In this document: positions 16,177 through 26,289 of the stretch, piece by piece
How the letters are laid out: the number at the start of each line of letters is the position of its first letter
Numbering within the stretch: position 1 is the stretch's first letter
IMG/VR virus record: IMGVR_UViG_2529292907_000015
Span: 1 to 41,886 of that record
Direction: 5' to 3' (one strand)
Source of the DNA: a virus
Taxonomy: Duplodnaviria; Heunggongvirae; Uroviricota; Caudoviricetes
DNA length: 41,886 nucleotides
Translations under genes and position numbers: made by a program
The notes under the pieces: model-generated
The model's database searches: none
What the model was told of the DNA's origin: nothing
Seen by the model: only the letters and a program-made list of their open reading frames with translations

Positions 16177-16200
16177 AACCCGCCCACAAGCGGGTTTTTT
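16177..16200 (+). terminator. rho-independent terminator (tR'-like)
   Basis: Stem CCCGC/GCGGG with a 6-nt loop followed by T6. Confidence 0.7.
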
Positions 16201-16305
16201 GTACCACTTATCTCGGATAGACATGGTGAATGCGCTAGTGGAGGAGATAAGGGTGATTTTTGAATGCTTGCAACATTGATTTCGTAACGTTATTATCCTG
16301 CGCCC

Positions 16306-16381
16306 GGCCCTTTAGCTCAGTGGTGAGAGCGAGCGACTCATAATCGCCAGGTCGCTGGTTCAAATCCAGCAAGGGCCACCA
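16306..16381 (+). tRNA. tRNA with CAU anticodon (Met or Ile2-type)
   Basis: Cloverleaf folded by hand: acceptor GGCCCTT/AAGGGCC, anticodon loop CUCAUAA, T-loop TTCAAAT, encoded CCA. Confidence 0.8.
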
Positions 16382-16382
16382 G

Positions 16383-16459
16383 CCGCCACTAGCTCATCAG
16401 GAAAGAGCGTCAACCCTTTAAGTTGAGTGTGCGAGGTTCGAGTCCCCGGTGGCGGTCCA
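16383..16459 (+). tRNA. tRNA-like gene, atypical (anticodon loop CCUUUAA, apparent UUU with C33)
   Basis: Acceptor CCGCCAC/GTGGCGG. Perfect 5-bp anticodon stem TCAAC/GTTGA. T-loop TTCGAGT with one A-C mismatch in the T-stem. Encoded CCA. Confidence 0.5.
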
Positions 16460-16461
16460 GT

Positions 16462-16537
<76 letters not shown>

Positions 16538-16540
16538 TAT

Positions 16541-16615
<75 letters not shown>

Positions 16616-16821
16616 GTTAGAGTCTTTCAGTCTGCGATGATGGGAAATCCCGGAGTGACTGAAAGACGTTTAAGTTATGAATGATCGCCTTTTTTTGCAA
16701 AATTGCTGTGCAGAAATACTAACCTTCGAGCAGGCGATCATTCATAAGCACTCTGCTTTTATTCCGATTAACTGTGGGTGGTTTGTTGGATAGAGTGCTT
16801 TCCTTTCTGTATATATCGTTT

Positions 16822-16847
16822 CGCCCGCTTTTGCGGGTTTTTCTTTT
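16822..16847 (+). terminator. rho-independent terminator upstream of the holin gene
   Basis: Stem CCCGC/GCGGG with loop TTTT, followed by TTTTTCTTTTC. Confidence 0.6.
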
Positions 16848-16907
16848 CAAATCCCTTTCATTTCTCAGTGTAAAACTACGCCATCCGTTATTTGCGGAGG
16901 TGAGGCT

Positions 16908-17123
16908 ATGAAATCCATGGACAAAATTTCAACGGGCATTGCCTACGGCACCTCCGCAGGCAGTGCTGGCTACTGGTTTTTACAGTGGCTTGATCAGGTC
17001 AGTCCGTCACAGTGGGCTGCGATTGGTGTACTTGGGAGTCTGGTTCTGGGCTTCCTGACTTATCTGACAAATCTGTACTTCAAAATCAGAGAAGACAAGC
17101 GTAAGGCTGCACGGGGAGAGTAA
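16908..17123 (+). CDS. S: holin, phage 21 S-type (pinholin) with dual-start motif
   Basis: 71-aa product [53 protein letters not shown]... matches S21 as recalled. Strong GGAGGTGAGG SD. Confidence 0.85.
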   Translation: MKSMDKISTGIAYGTSAGSAGYWFLQWLDQVSPSQWAAIGVLGSLVLGFLTYLTNLYFKIREDKRKAARGE

Positions 17124-17127
17124 TTCA

Positions 17128-17442
17128 ATGACTCAAAACTATGAACTGATTGTGAAAGGGATCCGCAATTTTGAGAATAAAGTTACGGTAACTTTAGCGT
17201 TACGGGACAAAAAACGCTTTGACGGTGAAATTTTTGACCTGGACATCTCGCTGGACCGTGTTGAAGGTGCCGCGCTGGAGTTTTATGAGGCAGCAGCCAG
17301 AAGGAGCATCAGACAGGTCTTCCTGGATGTTGCTGCCGGGTTATGTGAAGGGGACGAGCTGTTGCCAGAAACGCGCCCCTGTTCAGAGGCGCGGTATACC
17401 ATAAAAATTAACAGTTCTGATAACTCGATTACAGGTTGTTAG
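17128..17442 (+). CDS. hypothetical protein between holin and endolysin (YdfR-like position)
   Basis: 104-aa ORF starting 5 nt after the holin stop. Confidence 0.5.
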   Translation: MTQNYELIVKGIRNFENKVTVTLALRDKKRFDGEIFDLDISLDRVEGAALEFYEAAARRSIRQVFLDVAAGLCEGDELLPETRPCSEARYTIKINSSDNSITGC

Positions 17443-17497
17443 CTTTTTGCAGTTGGCTTTCCAGTATCTTTCATTGGTAGCATCCTGATAAATATCC

Positions 17498-18031
17498 ATG
17501 AGCGCAAAAATCAAATACGGCCTGTCAGCTGCTGTTCTGGCGCTGATTGCTGCAGGCGCGTCTGCTCCTCAAATACTTGACCAGTTTCTGGATGAAAAAG
17601 AGGGTAACCACACTACGGCATACCGCGATGGTTCCGGTATATGGACCATCTGTCGTGGTGCCACAATGGTGGATGGTAAGCCCGTCATACCGGGAATGAA
17701 GCTGTCGAAGGAAAAATGCGACCAGGTTAACGCTATTGAACGTGATAAGGCGCTGGCATGGGTGGAGCGCAATATTAAAGTACCACTGACCGAACCACAG
17801 AAAGCGGGTATAGCGTCATTCTGTCCCTATAACATTGGCCCCGGTAAGTGTTTCCCGTCGACGTTTTATAAGCGGCTGAATGCCGGTGATCGTAAGGGTG
17901 CATGCGAGGCGATTCGCTGGTGGATAAAAGATGGTGGGCGCGATTGCCGCATACGTTCAAATAACTGCTATGGACAGGTTATTCGTCGTGACCAGGAAAG
18001 CGCATTAGCCTGTTGGGGGATAGATCAGTGA
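17498..18031 (+). CDS. R: SAR-endolysin (lysozyme, GH24-type)
   Basis: 177-aa ORF with an N-terminal hydrophobic signal-anchor-release segment ([15 protein letters not shown]). Lysozyme-like core. Downstream of the holin. Confidence 0.8.
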   Translation: MSAKIKYGLSAAVLALIAAGASAPQILDQFLDEKEGNHTTAYRDGSGIWTICRGATMVDGKPVIPGMKLSKEKCDQVNAIERDKALAWVERNIKVPLTEPQKAGIASFCPYNIGPGKCFPSTFYKRLNAGDRKGACEAIRWWIKDGGRDCRIRSNNCYGQVIRRDQESALACWGIDQ

Positions 18032-18495
18032 GCAGAGTCGCAGCGATTATTTATACTCTGGTTATCTGCACCATCGTCTGCCTGTCGTGGGCGGTCAATC
18101 ATTACCGTGATAACGCCATCGCCTACAAAGAACAGCGTGATAAAAAAGTCAGTGAGCTGAAGCAGGCGACCGCCACCATCGCTGACATGCAGCAGCGTCA
18201 GCGTGATGTTGCTGCGCTCGATGCAAAGTACTCGAGAGAATTAGCCAATGCGAAAGCTGAAAATGAAACCCTGCGCGCTGATGTTGCCGCTGGTCGTAAG
18301 CGCCTGCGGGTCAATGCCAGTTGCTCCGCAGCCGTGCGTGAAGCCACCGGACCCACCAGCGTGGATAATGCAACCAGCCCCCGACTGGCAGACACCGCTG
18401 AACGGGATTATTTCACCCTCAGAGAACGGTTGATGACGATGCAGAAGCAACTGGAAGGGGCACAGCTATACATTCGTGAGCAATGTCTCAGATAA
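18028..18495 (+). CDS. Rz: i-spanin Rz
   Basis: GTG start overlapping the endolysin stop (GTGA). N-terminal TM segment and coiled-coil periplasmic domain. Confidence 0.75.
   Translation: MSRVAAIIYTLVICTIVCLSWAVNHYRDNAIAYKEQRDKKVSELKQATATIADMQQRQRDVAALDAKYSRELANAKAENETLRADVAAGRKRLRVNASCSAAVREATGPTSVDNATSPRLADTAERDYFTLRERLMTMQKQLEGAQLYIREQCLR
18248..18433 (+). CDS. Rz1: o-spanin Rz1 (lipoprotein, embedded in Rz in the +1 frame)
   Basis: [22 protein letters not shown]... with a lipobox and Pro-rich mature part, similar to lambda Rz1 as recalled. Entirely nested inside Rz. Confidence 0.8.
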   Translation: MRKLKMKPCALMLPLVVSACGSMPVAPQPCVKPPDPPAWIMQPAPDWQTPLNGIISPSENG

Positions 18496-18673
18496 AAACC
18501 GGCCAAGGATAATCCGCTAAAGATTCGCCGGTGGCGAAAGAGAGCCAGGGTGTCAACCTACGCTATTACTTATGATAATGCAACAGACGAAGCGGGACAT
18601 TCAGGCGCATAACAAAGCGTGGCAGGTGAACTGCAAACCTGAAAAGGCGCAAAAATCTGCGCCAGAATGGTAG

Positions 18674-19159
18674 TTATTTTGTGGTTTTGAAAAGTTTCAT
18701 GTACTGATTGATAGGTTTTCCTGAGTAAGAATCTGTCCCTGGCTCAGGAGTATCAGATAAAACTTTTGCAGCTAATTTGTTGGAGGCTTGATTACCAACC
18801 CCGACAATAGCCTCTACATAGAATTCATTGAAGGAATTTCTAAATCCGTATTGCATTTCTTCAATGCTGGCGATGAGAAGTTGAGTACCGATGCCTTGCG
18901 CTTTATATTCATCAGCTACTGCATAGCCAACGCCAAAGCATGGTTTACCTTCAACAAACTCTGCAGGGACATATATAGCAACACCTTTAACATTTTCTCC
19001 TTCAAAGAATGCATAAGTAAACCGTGGTGTACCCTCTGCATCATCCAAAAGCACCTTCATATTTGGGTGAACTATGCATGGTGAAGGCTTAATCAGACCA
19101 TTAGAAAAGGCGTATTGAAAACTAATTAATGAGTCTGTTGGATCAACGAGTTCTGGCAT
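18674..19159 (-). CDS. GNAT-family N-acetyltransferase (moron, opposite strand)
   Basis: 161-aa ORF with the acetyl-CoA-binding motif (KAQGIGTQLL). AT-rich. Convergent with the lysis cassette. Confidence 0.65.
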   Translation of the reverse strand: MPELVDPTDSLISFQYAFSNGLIKPSPCIVHPNMKVLLDDAEGTPRFTYAFFEGENVKGVAIYVPAEFVEGKPCFGVGYAVADEYKAQGIGTQLLIASIEEMQYGFRNSFNEFYVEAIVGVGNQASNKLAAKVLSDTPEPGTDSYSGKPINQYMKLFKTTK

Positions 19160-19403
19160 TTTGAGTCCTATGTATTTTGATATAAGCGATTCAACATACT
19201 ACTTTCTTACGTTTAATTCTTTAACATTAACGAGCCAGGATACGAAATTTTGAAAAAGAGCAAAGTTTTTAATAATTCATTCAAAGCATATCGCATGTGC
19301 ACATCTAAGAAAGGCTTTCAGCTGTGAGCCTGGGTAAACCGTAAACTTTCGGCGACTCTGCCGTGCGACAGGTTCACGTCTAACATGTCTAAAAGGAAGA
19401 GTT

Positions 19404-19604
19404 ATGAAGTTTCAGGTCGCTAAACTGTATCGTGGTAAACATTTCGCAGGGTATGGGATTGCAGTTAATGGTGAGTTACTGGAAGGGCAGCTTTCCGCCA
19501 GGACAGAGACACGCGGAGGCGAGCCACCAACAGTCACTGTGACTTTCAGACTGACAGCAGAACATATCGAGAATCAGCCTGTCATTAAACCGAACAGGGT
19601 ATGA
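19404..19604 (+). CDS. hypothetical small protein
   Basis: 66-aa ORF with an AAAAGGAAGAG SD, upstream of the HNH gene. Confidence 0.45.
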   Translation: MKFQVAKLYRGKHFAGYGIAVNGELLEGQLSARTETRGGEPPTVTVTFRLTAEHIENQPVIKPNRV

Positions 19605-19611
19605 GGTATTT

Positions 19612-19962
19612 ATGCCATCACGAATCCCACGAGCCTGCCGTAAGCGTGGATGCGCAGGTACAACCACAGACAGTTCTGGTTACTGCGATAAACATCGTGG
19701 CGAAGGATGGGTACAGCATCAGCGCGGACTGAGTCGCCACCAGCGTGGCTATGGCTCGAAATGGGATGCCATACGTGCGCGCATAATGAAGCGTGATAAT
19801 CATCTGTGTCAGAACTGCCTGCGCAATGGGAGAGCCGTTGAAGCCAGAACTGTGGACCACATCATTCCGAAAGCTCATGGTGGCACGGATGCAGACAGTA
19901 ACCTGCAGAGTCTGTGCTGGCCCTGTCATAAAGCAAAAACAGCGTGCGAACGCATCAATTGA
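19612..19962 (+). CDS. HNH endonuclease (terminase-associated)
   Basis: 116-aa ORF with CxxC...DHIIPKAHGG...N...CWPCH. Adjacent to the terminase small subunit, as in HK97-like cos phages. Confidence 0.8.
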   Translation: MPSRIPRACRKRGCAGTTTDSSGYCDKHRGEGWVQHQRGLSRHQRGYGSKWDAIRARIMKRDNHLCQNCLRNGRAVEARTVDHIIPKAHGGTDADSNLQSLCWPCHKAKTACERIN

Positions 19963-20109
19963 TAACATTTCCCATCTGTAGAGGAGGGGCGGGTCAAATC
20001 TCTGCAACCCTGGCTGCTCAGTACCGCCGCCTGACCTTTCCTCGCATCGCCGCAGGTTCGAAAACTTTTTTTTGGAATGTGATTAAATGATTGATAGGTA
20101 AAACCGATT

Positions 20110-20592
20110 ATGTCAGGACCCCCGAAAACCCCGCCACGCCTGCATTTGATACGAGGCAACCCCTCAAAGCGCCCCGTTAAAGACCCAAAAAAAACCGCTA
20201 AAAAGGATGAAAAAGGTCTCCCTAAAATTCCGCAACATTTAGGGGCGCAGGGAAAGTACTGGTTCAGACGAATGGCGGAAGAACTGAATGCGGAAGGGAT
20301 CATTTCTCAGCTTGATGCGCGTGCACTCGAGTTACTGGTGGAAGCCTACACCGAATACCGGCATCACTGCGAAACACTCGATGTTGAGGGGTATACCTAC
20401 CGCACGGAAACGCAGAATGGCGATGTGATGATCAAGGCACATCCGGCTGCGGCGATGAAAGCGGATGCCTGGAAGCGGATCCGGGCGATGCTTGCAGAGT
20501 TTGATATGTCACCGGCAAGCCGGGCGAAAGTAAATACCGCCGGACCGGATGATGTTGATCCGCTGGCGGAACTTTTAAAAGCGAGAGACTGA
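20110..20592 (+). CDS. terminase small subunit (P27 family)
   Basis: 160-aa ORF with a basic N-terminus. Stop overlaps the large-subunit start. Confidence 0.7.
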   Translation: MSGPPKTPPRLHLIRGNPSKRPVKDPKKTAKKDEKGLPKIPQHLGAQGKYWFRRMAEELNAEGIISQLDARALELLVEAYTEYRHHCETLDVEGYTYRTETQNGDVMIKAHPAAAMKADAWKRIRAMLAEFDMSPASRAKVNTAGPDDVDPLAELLKARD

Positions 20593-22349
20593 TGGCAAAA
20601 GTGGCTGACGGGATCCGCTACGCCGAACGTGTTGTTGCAGGAGAAATTGTCGCTGGCGAATTTGTCCGTCTGGCCTGCCAGCGTTTTCTTGATGATCTGA
20701 AGTACGGCGAAGAGCGGGGGATTTATTTCAGTGAACCCCGTGCGCAGCACATCCTGAATTTCTACAAATTTGTGCCCCATGTGAAAGGGGCGCTGGCAGG
20801 CCAGCCCATTGAACTGATGGACTGGCATGTATTTATCCTCATTAATATTTTTGGTTTTGTCATTCCGCTGGTCAATGAAGAGACCGGGGAAGTTGTCATG
20901 CGCAGCGATGGCAGCGGACGTCCGGTGATGGTGCGCCGGTTCCGTACGGCGTACAACGAAGTCGCCCGTAAAAACGCAAAATCAACCCTGTCATCGGGTA
21001 TCGGCCTGTATATGACGGGGGCAGATGGTGAAGGCGGTGCTGAGGTGTATTCAGCCGCAACCACGCGTGACCAGGCCAGAATTGTGTTTGAAGACGCCAA
21101 AAATATGGTCAGAAAAGCCCGGTCGACACTCGGGCGATTGTTTGATTTCAACAAGCTGGCGATTTACCAGGAGCAGAGCGCATCAAAATTTGAACCGCTT
21201 TCCTCGGATGCAAACAACCTGGACGGTCTGAACATCCACTGCGCCATTATTGATGAGCTGCATGCACATAAAACCCGCGACGTGTGGGACGTTCTGGAAA
21301 CGGCAACCGGTGCCCGTCTGCAGTCCCTGTTATTTGGTATCACCACGGCGGGCTTTAACAAGGAAGGGATTTGTTACGAGCAACGCGATTACGCCATCAA
21401 GGTATTGCGAGGCTATAACAGCGACGTGGAGGGCGCGGTAAAAGATGATTCCTACTTTGCGATTATTTACACGCTCGATGAGGGAGATGATCCGTTTGAT
21501 GAAACGGTCTGGCAGAAAGCGAATCCCGGCCTGGGCATCTGTAAACGCTGGGATGATCTGCGTCGTCTGGCGAAAAAAGCGAAAGAACAGGTCTCTGCGC
21601 GGGTGAATTTTTTTACCAAACACATGAATGTGTGGGTCACTGCCGAATCTGCCTGGATGGATATGATTAAGTGGGAGAAGTGCGAATACATTGCTCCACA
21701 ACATGAGCTGAAAACATATCCCATGTGGGTCGGCGTCGACCTTGCTCATAAGATTGATATCTGTGCGGCGGCAAAACTCTGGCGAACCGATAACGGACAT
21801 GTTCATGCTGATTTTAAATTCTGGCTTCCGGAAGGACGGCTGGAACGATGCTCGCGGCAGCAGGCAGAACTTTACCGGAAGTGGGCGGAGATGGATAAGC
21901 TCATCCTGACGGATGGTGATGTTATCGATCATGCTCAGATAAAAAGTGACTTACTGGAATGGATTGGCGGTGAAAACCTCAGGGAACTGGGATTTGACCC
22001 GTGGAGCGCAATGCAGTTCAGCCTGGCACTGGCTGAAGAAGGGATACCGCTGGTGGAGGTTCCGCAGACGGTCCGCAATCTGTCAGAGGCCATGAAGGAA
22101 ACGGAATCACTGGTTTATGCCGGGCGTTTCCATCACAGCAATCATCCGGTCATGAACTGGATGATGTCTAACGTTACTGTAAAACCGGACAAAAACGACA
22201 ACATCTTCCCGAATAAATCCACGCCGGAAGCCAAAATCGACGGCCCTGTTGCGCTTTTTACAGCCATGAGCCGCTTTCTGGTAAATGGCGGGGGCGTGAA
22301 TGATTTTCTGTCCACGCTTGATCCTGATGAGGACCTTTTAATTCTGTGA
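20592..22349 (+). CDS. terminase large subunit
   Basis: 585-aa ORF with ATPase and nuclease regions. TGATG-coupled to terS. Confidence 0.85.
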   Translation: MAKVADGIRYAERVVAGEIVAGEFVRLACQRFLDDLKYGEERGIYFSEPRAQHILNFYKFVPHVKGALAGQPIELMDWHVFILINIFGFVIPLVNEETGEVVMRSDGSGRPVMVRRFRTAYNEVARKNAKSTLSSGIGLYMTGADGEGGAEVYSAATTRDQARIVFEDAKNMVRKARSTLGRLFDFNKLAIYQEQSASKFEPLSSDANNLDGLNIHCAIIDELHAHKTRDVWDVLETATGARLQSLLFGITTAGFNKEGICYEQRDYAIKVLRGYNSDVEGAVKDDSYFAIIYTLDEGDDPFDETVWQKANPGLGICKRWDDLRRLAKKAKEQVSARVNFFTKHMNVWVTAESAWMDMIKWEKCEYIAPQHELKTYPMWVGVDLAHKIDICAAAKLWRTDNGHVHADFKFWLPEGRLERCSRQQAELYRKWAEMDKLILTDGDVIDHAQIKSDLLEWIGGENLRELGFDPWSAMQFSLALAEEGIPLVEVPQTVRNLSEAMKETESLVYAGRFHHSNHPVMNWMMSNVTVKPDKNDNIFPNKSTPEAKIDGPVALFTAMSRFLVNGGGVNDFLSTLDPDEDLLIL

Positions 22350-22366
22350 AACAGCTTATTACTGAT

Positions 22367-22507
22367 ATGACCGGGTTGATCGGTTTCGGTTTGCTCACTG
22401 CTGGCGTTTATCTGTATGCAGGTCTGCCAGCGTCTCTGATGCTGTCGGGCTGTTTGTTGCTGCTTTATGCACTGGTGGTGTCCATGAGGAGAAAACATGC
22501 TTCTTGA
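22367..22507 (+). CDS. 46-aa hydrophobic peptide (putative)
   Basis: MTGLIGFGLLTAGVYLYAGLPASLMLSGCLLLLYALVVSMRRKHAS between terL and portal. No clear SD. Confidence 0.2.
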   Translation: MTGLIGFGLLTAGVYLYAGLPASLMLSGCLLLLYALVVSMRRKHAS

Positions 22508-23723
22508 TGCTCTGTTTCGCAGTGAGCCTCTGGAAAATCCCTCGGTTCCTGTAACCGGAGAGGCCGCTGAGACGGATAATATTTTTGCCCGGGATGTGTA
22601 TGTCAGTCCGGAAACATCCATGAAGCTGGCTGCTGTCTATGCCTGTATTTATGTTATTTCATCCAGTGTGGCTCAGATGCCCCTGCATGTGATGCGAAAA
22701 ACGAATGAGCATGTTCAGCCGGCACGCGATCATCCGTTGTTCTGGCTCGTTCATGATGAACCTAATGCCTGGCAGACCAGCTATAAGTGGCGGGAACTGA
22801 AGCAGCGTCATGTGCTGGGGTGGGGCAATGGTTATACGTGGGTAAAACGTAATCGTCGTGGAGAGGTTACCAGCCTTGAATGCTGTATGCCATGGGAAAC
22901 CACGTTACTTAACACCGGTGGGCGTCATACTTACGGGGTGTATAACGAAGAGGGTGCATTTGCGGTAAGTCCGGACGACATGATCCATATCAGGGCGCTG
23001 GGAAACAATCAGAAAATGGGACTGAGCCCGATCATGCAGCATGCTGAAACCATTGGTATGGGAATGAGTGGCCAGCAGTATACCAGCGCCTTTTTTAACG
23101 GTAATGCCCGTCCCGCCGGTATTATTTCTGTGAAAAATGAACTGAACGAACAAAGCTGGGGCAGGCTTAAAAATATGTGGCAGCGGGCGGTGACAGCGCT
23201 TCGCAGCCAGGAAAATAAAACCATGTTGCTGCCTGCGCAACTGGATTACCGCGCTCTGACAGTTTCTCCGGTGGATGCTCAGATCATTGATATGACCAAG
23301 CTGAACCGGTCGATGATTGCCGGGATTTTTAATGTCCCGGCGCACATGATTAATGACCTGGAAAAAGCCACATTTTCGAATATTACGCAGCAGGCGATTC
23401 AGTTTGTTCGCTACACGATGATGCCCTGGGTTGCGAACTGGGAGCAGGAGCTTAACCGTCGCCTGTTTACCCGTACAGAACGGGCTGCCGGGTATTACGT
23501 TCGTTTCAACCTCACGGGGTTGCTCCGTGGGACCCCACAGGAGCGTGCGCAGTTCTATCACTTTGCCATTACAGATGGCTGGATGAGTCGGAATGAAGCC
23601 AGGGCATTTGAGGATATGAACCCGGTTGACGGTCTGGATGAAATGCTGGTCAGCGTAAATGCAGCAAATCCGTTGAATAACTTTAAAGATACGAAAGGCA
23701 AAGAGGAAAAGAACGATGAATGA
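22497..23723 (+). CDS. portal protein (HK97 family)
   Basis: 408-aa ORF with a GAGGAG SD. Follows terL and precedes the prohead protease. Confidence 0.85.
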   Translation: MLLDALFRSEPLENPSVPVTGEAAETDNIFARDVYVSPETSMKLAAVYACIYVISSSVAQMPLHVMRKTNEHVQPARDHPLFWLVHDEPNAWQTSYKWRELKQRHVLGWGNGYTWVKRNRRGEVTSLECCMPWETTLLNTGGRHTYGVYNEEGAFAVSPDDMIHIRALGNNQKMGLSPIMQHAETIGMGMSGQQYTSAFFNGNARPAGIISVKNELNEQSWGRLKNMWQRAVTALRSQENKTMLLPAQLDYRALTVSPVDAQIIDMTKLNRSMIAGIFNVPAHMINDLEKATFSNITQQAIQFVRYTMMPWVANWEQELNRRLFTRTERAAGYYVRFNLTGLLRGTPQERAQFYHFAITDGWMSRNEARAFEDMNPVDGLDEMLVSVNAANPLNNFKDTKGKEEKNDE

Positions 23724-24315
23724 CCGTGAAACGCGCTGTTACAGCGGGGAGGTGCGGGCGGAACAATATGATAATGCCCCGACCCACATTCTGGGGTATG
23801 GCTCGGTATTTAACAGTCGTTCAGAACCTCTGTGGGGATTTCGTGAAATCATCAAGCCGGGGGCTTTTGATGATGTACTGAATGATGATGTACGTGGCTT
23901 GTTTAATCATGATCCTAATTTCATTCTCGGACGAAGTTCTGCCGGCACGTTGTCATTGTCGGTGGATGAACGCGGTTTACGTTATGACATTGTTGCACCG
24001 GATACTCCGACTATTTGTGACCTGGTGCTGTCTCCAATGTTGCGTGGTGACATTAATCAGTCCTCGTTCGCGTTTCGTGTCGCCCGTGACGGAGAGAGCT
24101 GGTATGAAGACGACGAGGGGATTGTTATCCGGGAAATCACGCGCATTTCTCGTCTGTATGACGTCAGCCCGGTGACATATCCGGCCTATCAGGACGCAGA
24201 CTCTGGTGTCCGCTCAATGAAAGCCTGGCAGGAAGCGCGGGCGAGTGGTGCGCTGAAGAAAGCTGTTAACGAACGAATGGCGCGTGAGCGTCTTTTGACC
24301 CTTCTTAATGCATAA
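23716..24315 (+). CDS. prohead protease (HK97 family)
   Basis: 199-aa ORF overlapping the portal stop. Order is portal-protease-capsid. Confidence 0.8.
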   Translation: MNDRETRCYSGEVRAEQYDNAPTHILGYGSVFNSRSEPLWGFREIIKPGAFDDVLNDDVRGLFNHDPNFILGRSSAGTLSLSVDERGLRYDIVAPDTPTICDLVLSPMLRGDINQSSFAFRVARDGESWYEDDEGIVIREITRISRLYDVSPVTYPAYQDADSGVRSMKAWQEARASGALKKAVNERMARERLLTLLNA

Positions 24316-24329
24316 GGATACTACTGACG

Positions 24330-25547
24330 ATGAAACTTCATGAGATGAAGCAAAAACGAAACACCATTGCAAAGGATATGCGTGCACTGCATGAAAAAAT
24401 TGGTGATAACGCATGGACTGATGAGCAACGGGCAGAGTGGAACAGGGCGAAAGCTGAGCTGGATGCGCTCGATGAGCAAATCGCCCGTGAAGAAGAGTTG
24501 CGCCGTCAGGATCAGGCATATGTGGATGAGTCCGGGCCGGAAGAGCGCCAGAATAATGAGGCGGAGAACGGGAAAAAGGCGGTGGAAGAGAAGCGCGCTG
24601 CGGCATTTAACCGTTTTCTGCGTGCCGGATTTGCAGAACTGAATGCTGAAGAGCGTAATCTGATGCGTGAACTGCGGGCTCAGAGTGTAACAACAGATTC
24701 TCAGGGCGGATATACGGTGCCCACGCAGATGCGTAACAAAATCATTGACACCATGAAGGCTTATGGCGGGATTGCCAGTGTGGCGCAACTTCTGACCACG
24801 TCAACCGGGCAGGATATCACCTGGTCAACGTCTGACGGCACGACTGAAGAGGGCGAACTGCTGGCGGAAAATACAGCCGCAACGGAACAGGATGTGACGT
24901 TCGGGACTGCTATTCTGGGGGCTAAAAAGCTGTCATCAAAAATAATTCGTGTGTCCAATGAGCTGCTCCAGGACAGTGGGGTGGATATTGAATCTTATCT
25001 GGCAAACCGTATTGCCCAGCGTATTGGTCGTGGAGAGGCAAAATATCTGGTTCAGGGGACCGGAACGGGATCACCGTTACAGCCAAAAGGGCTGGCAGCG
25101 TCGGTGACGGGAACCATCCAGACTGCAGCCTCTGCCGCTTTCACCTGGAAAGAAATGAATGCCCTGAAACATGCCATTGATCCGGCATATCGTGGTGGGC
25201 CGAAATACCGCTGGGCATTCAATGATGCCACATTGCAGACTATTGAAGAGATGGAGGATGGACAGAAACGCCCGTTATGGCTGCCGGATATTGCAGGCGG
25301 TACGCCGGCTACTGTGCTGGGGATCCCTTATGTTATTGATCAGGCTATTGACGGGATTGGTACCGGAAAAAAATTCATTTTCCTGGGGGATTTCAACCGC
25401 TTTATCATTCGCCGCGTTACTTATATGGAACTGAAACGTCTGGTTGAGCGTTATGCTGAGTTTGATCAGGTGGCGTTTCTGGCTTTCCATCGTTTTGACT
25501 GTGTGCTGGAAGATGTGGCAGCCATCAAGGCGCTCACTGGCAAATAA
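24330..25547 (+). CDS. major capsid protein (HK97 fold)
   Basis: 405-aa ORF with an N-terminal coiled-coil delta domain followed by the capsid domain. An intrinsic terminator follows. Confidence 0.85.
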   Translation: MKLHEMKQKRNTIAKDMRALHEKIGDNAWTDEQRAEWNRAKAELDALDEQIAREEELRRQDQAYVDESGPEERQNNEAENGKKAVEEKRAAAFNRFLRAGFAELNAEERNLMRELRAQSVTTDSQGGYTVPTQMRNKIIDTMKAYGGIASVAQLLTTSTGQDITWSTSDGTTEEGELLAENTAATEQDVTFGTAILGAKKLSSKIIRVSNELLQDSGVDIESYLANRIAQRIGRGEAKYLVQGTGTGSPLQPKGLAASVTGTIQTAASAAFTWKEMNALKHAIDPAYRGGPKYRWAFNDATLQTIEEMEDGQKRPLWLPDIAGGTPATVLGIPYVIDQAIDGIGTGKKFIFLGDFNRFIIRRVTYMELKRLVERYAEFDQVAFLAFHRFDCVLEDVAAIKALTGK

Positions 25548-25568
25548 CCACTCGTTGTTCAGTTACAG

Positions 25569-25591
25569 ACCGCGCCGACGCGGTTTTTTTT
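25569..25591 (+). terminator. rho-independent terminator after the capsid gene
   Basis: Stem ACCGCG/CGCGGT with loop CCGA, followed by T8. Confidence 0.75.
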
Positions 25592-25624
25592 ATGCCCGCA
25601 CAGTGTTGCGGGCAGGAGTTTCTG

Positions 25625-25942
25625 ATGGCAGCAATAGTGGAAAAACTCAGGGCGCAGTGCCGTATTGATACAGATGATGCAACTGATGATGAGTTACTGA
25701 TGCTGTATTTCCGGGCTGCCTGCCGCAAGGCAGAAAATTTTATCAACCGTAAGCTTTATGAGGAGACGGTGCCGGAAGGTGATCCTGAAGGGGTGCTTAT
25801 AGCTGATGATGTTTTGTTGGCGCTCATGTTGCTGGTCGGACACTGGTACGAAAACCGGGAAAATTCCTCAGATGTCAGCAAGGCACCAGTTCCGTTTGGT
25901 TTTTCTTCTCTGCTGGAGCCTTATCGTTTTATTCCTTTGTAG
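25625..25942 (+). CDS. head-tail connector protein (gp6-like)
   Basis: ATG 25625 with an AGGAG SD (the ORF track opens at 25592). Position is after the capsid gene. Confidence 0.6.
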   Translation: MAAIVEKLRAQCRIDTDDATDDELLMLYFRAACRKAENFINRKLYEETVPEGDPEGVLIADDVLLALMLLVGHWYENRENSSDVSKAPVPFGFSSLLEPYRFIPL

Positions 25943-25950
25943 GAGGAGGC

Positions 25951-26289
25951 ATGCAGGCGGGCAGATTACGTGATCGCGTAATTATTCTGAATGTCACCAC
26001 CGTTCGCTCTCCGTCAGGGCATCCGGTGGAGACGGTGACGGAGGGAGCTACCGTATGGGCAGAAGTTAAGGGGATCAGCGGGAGGGAGAGAATCTCAGGC
26101 GGAGCAGAAACCGCTCAGGCTACGGTCAGAGTCTGGATGAGATTCCGACGCGATGTGACGGCAGCTTCACGTCTGAAAGTGCTGACCGGTGCATTCAAAG
26201 GAGCCATTCTTGGTATAGAAGGGCCACCAATACCGGATGCACGCGCCACCCGGCTTGAAATGCTCTGCAGTCTGAAGGGGAATGTGTGA
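25951..26289 (+). CDS. head-tail adaptor / head closure protein
   Basis: 112-aa ORF in the conserved HK97-type order. Confidence 0.6.
   Translation: MQAGRLRDRVIILNVTTVRSPSGHPVETVTEGATVWAEVKGISGRERISGGAETAQATVRVWMRFRRDVTAASRLKVLTGAFKGAILGIEGPPIPDARATRLEMLCSLKGNV

Noticed and set aside
16620-16907. Shiga toxin or other toxin cargo between the tRNAs and the holin gene
   Set aside because: No ORF of meaningful length exists here on either strand; the segment holds only hairpins and a terminator.
19963-20109. cos site upstream of the terminase small subunit
   Set aside because: The position is plausible for an HNH-assisted cos phage, but cohesive ends cannot be inferred from sequence alone.
21330-23561. 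Minus-strand ORFs of 200 and 218 aa inside terL and portal
   Set aside because: They are antisense to well-supported structural genes and have no SD.
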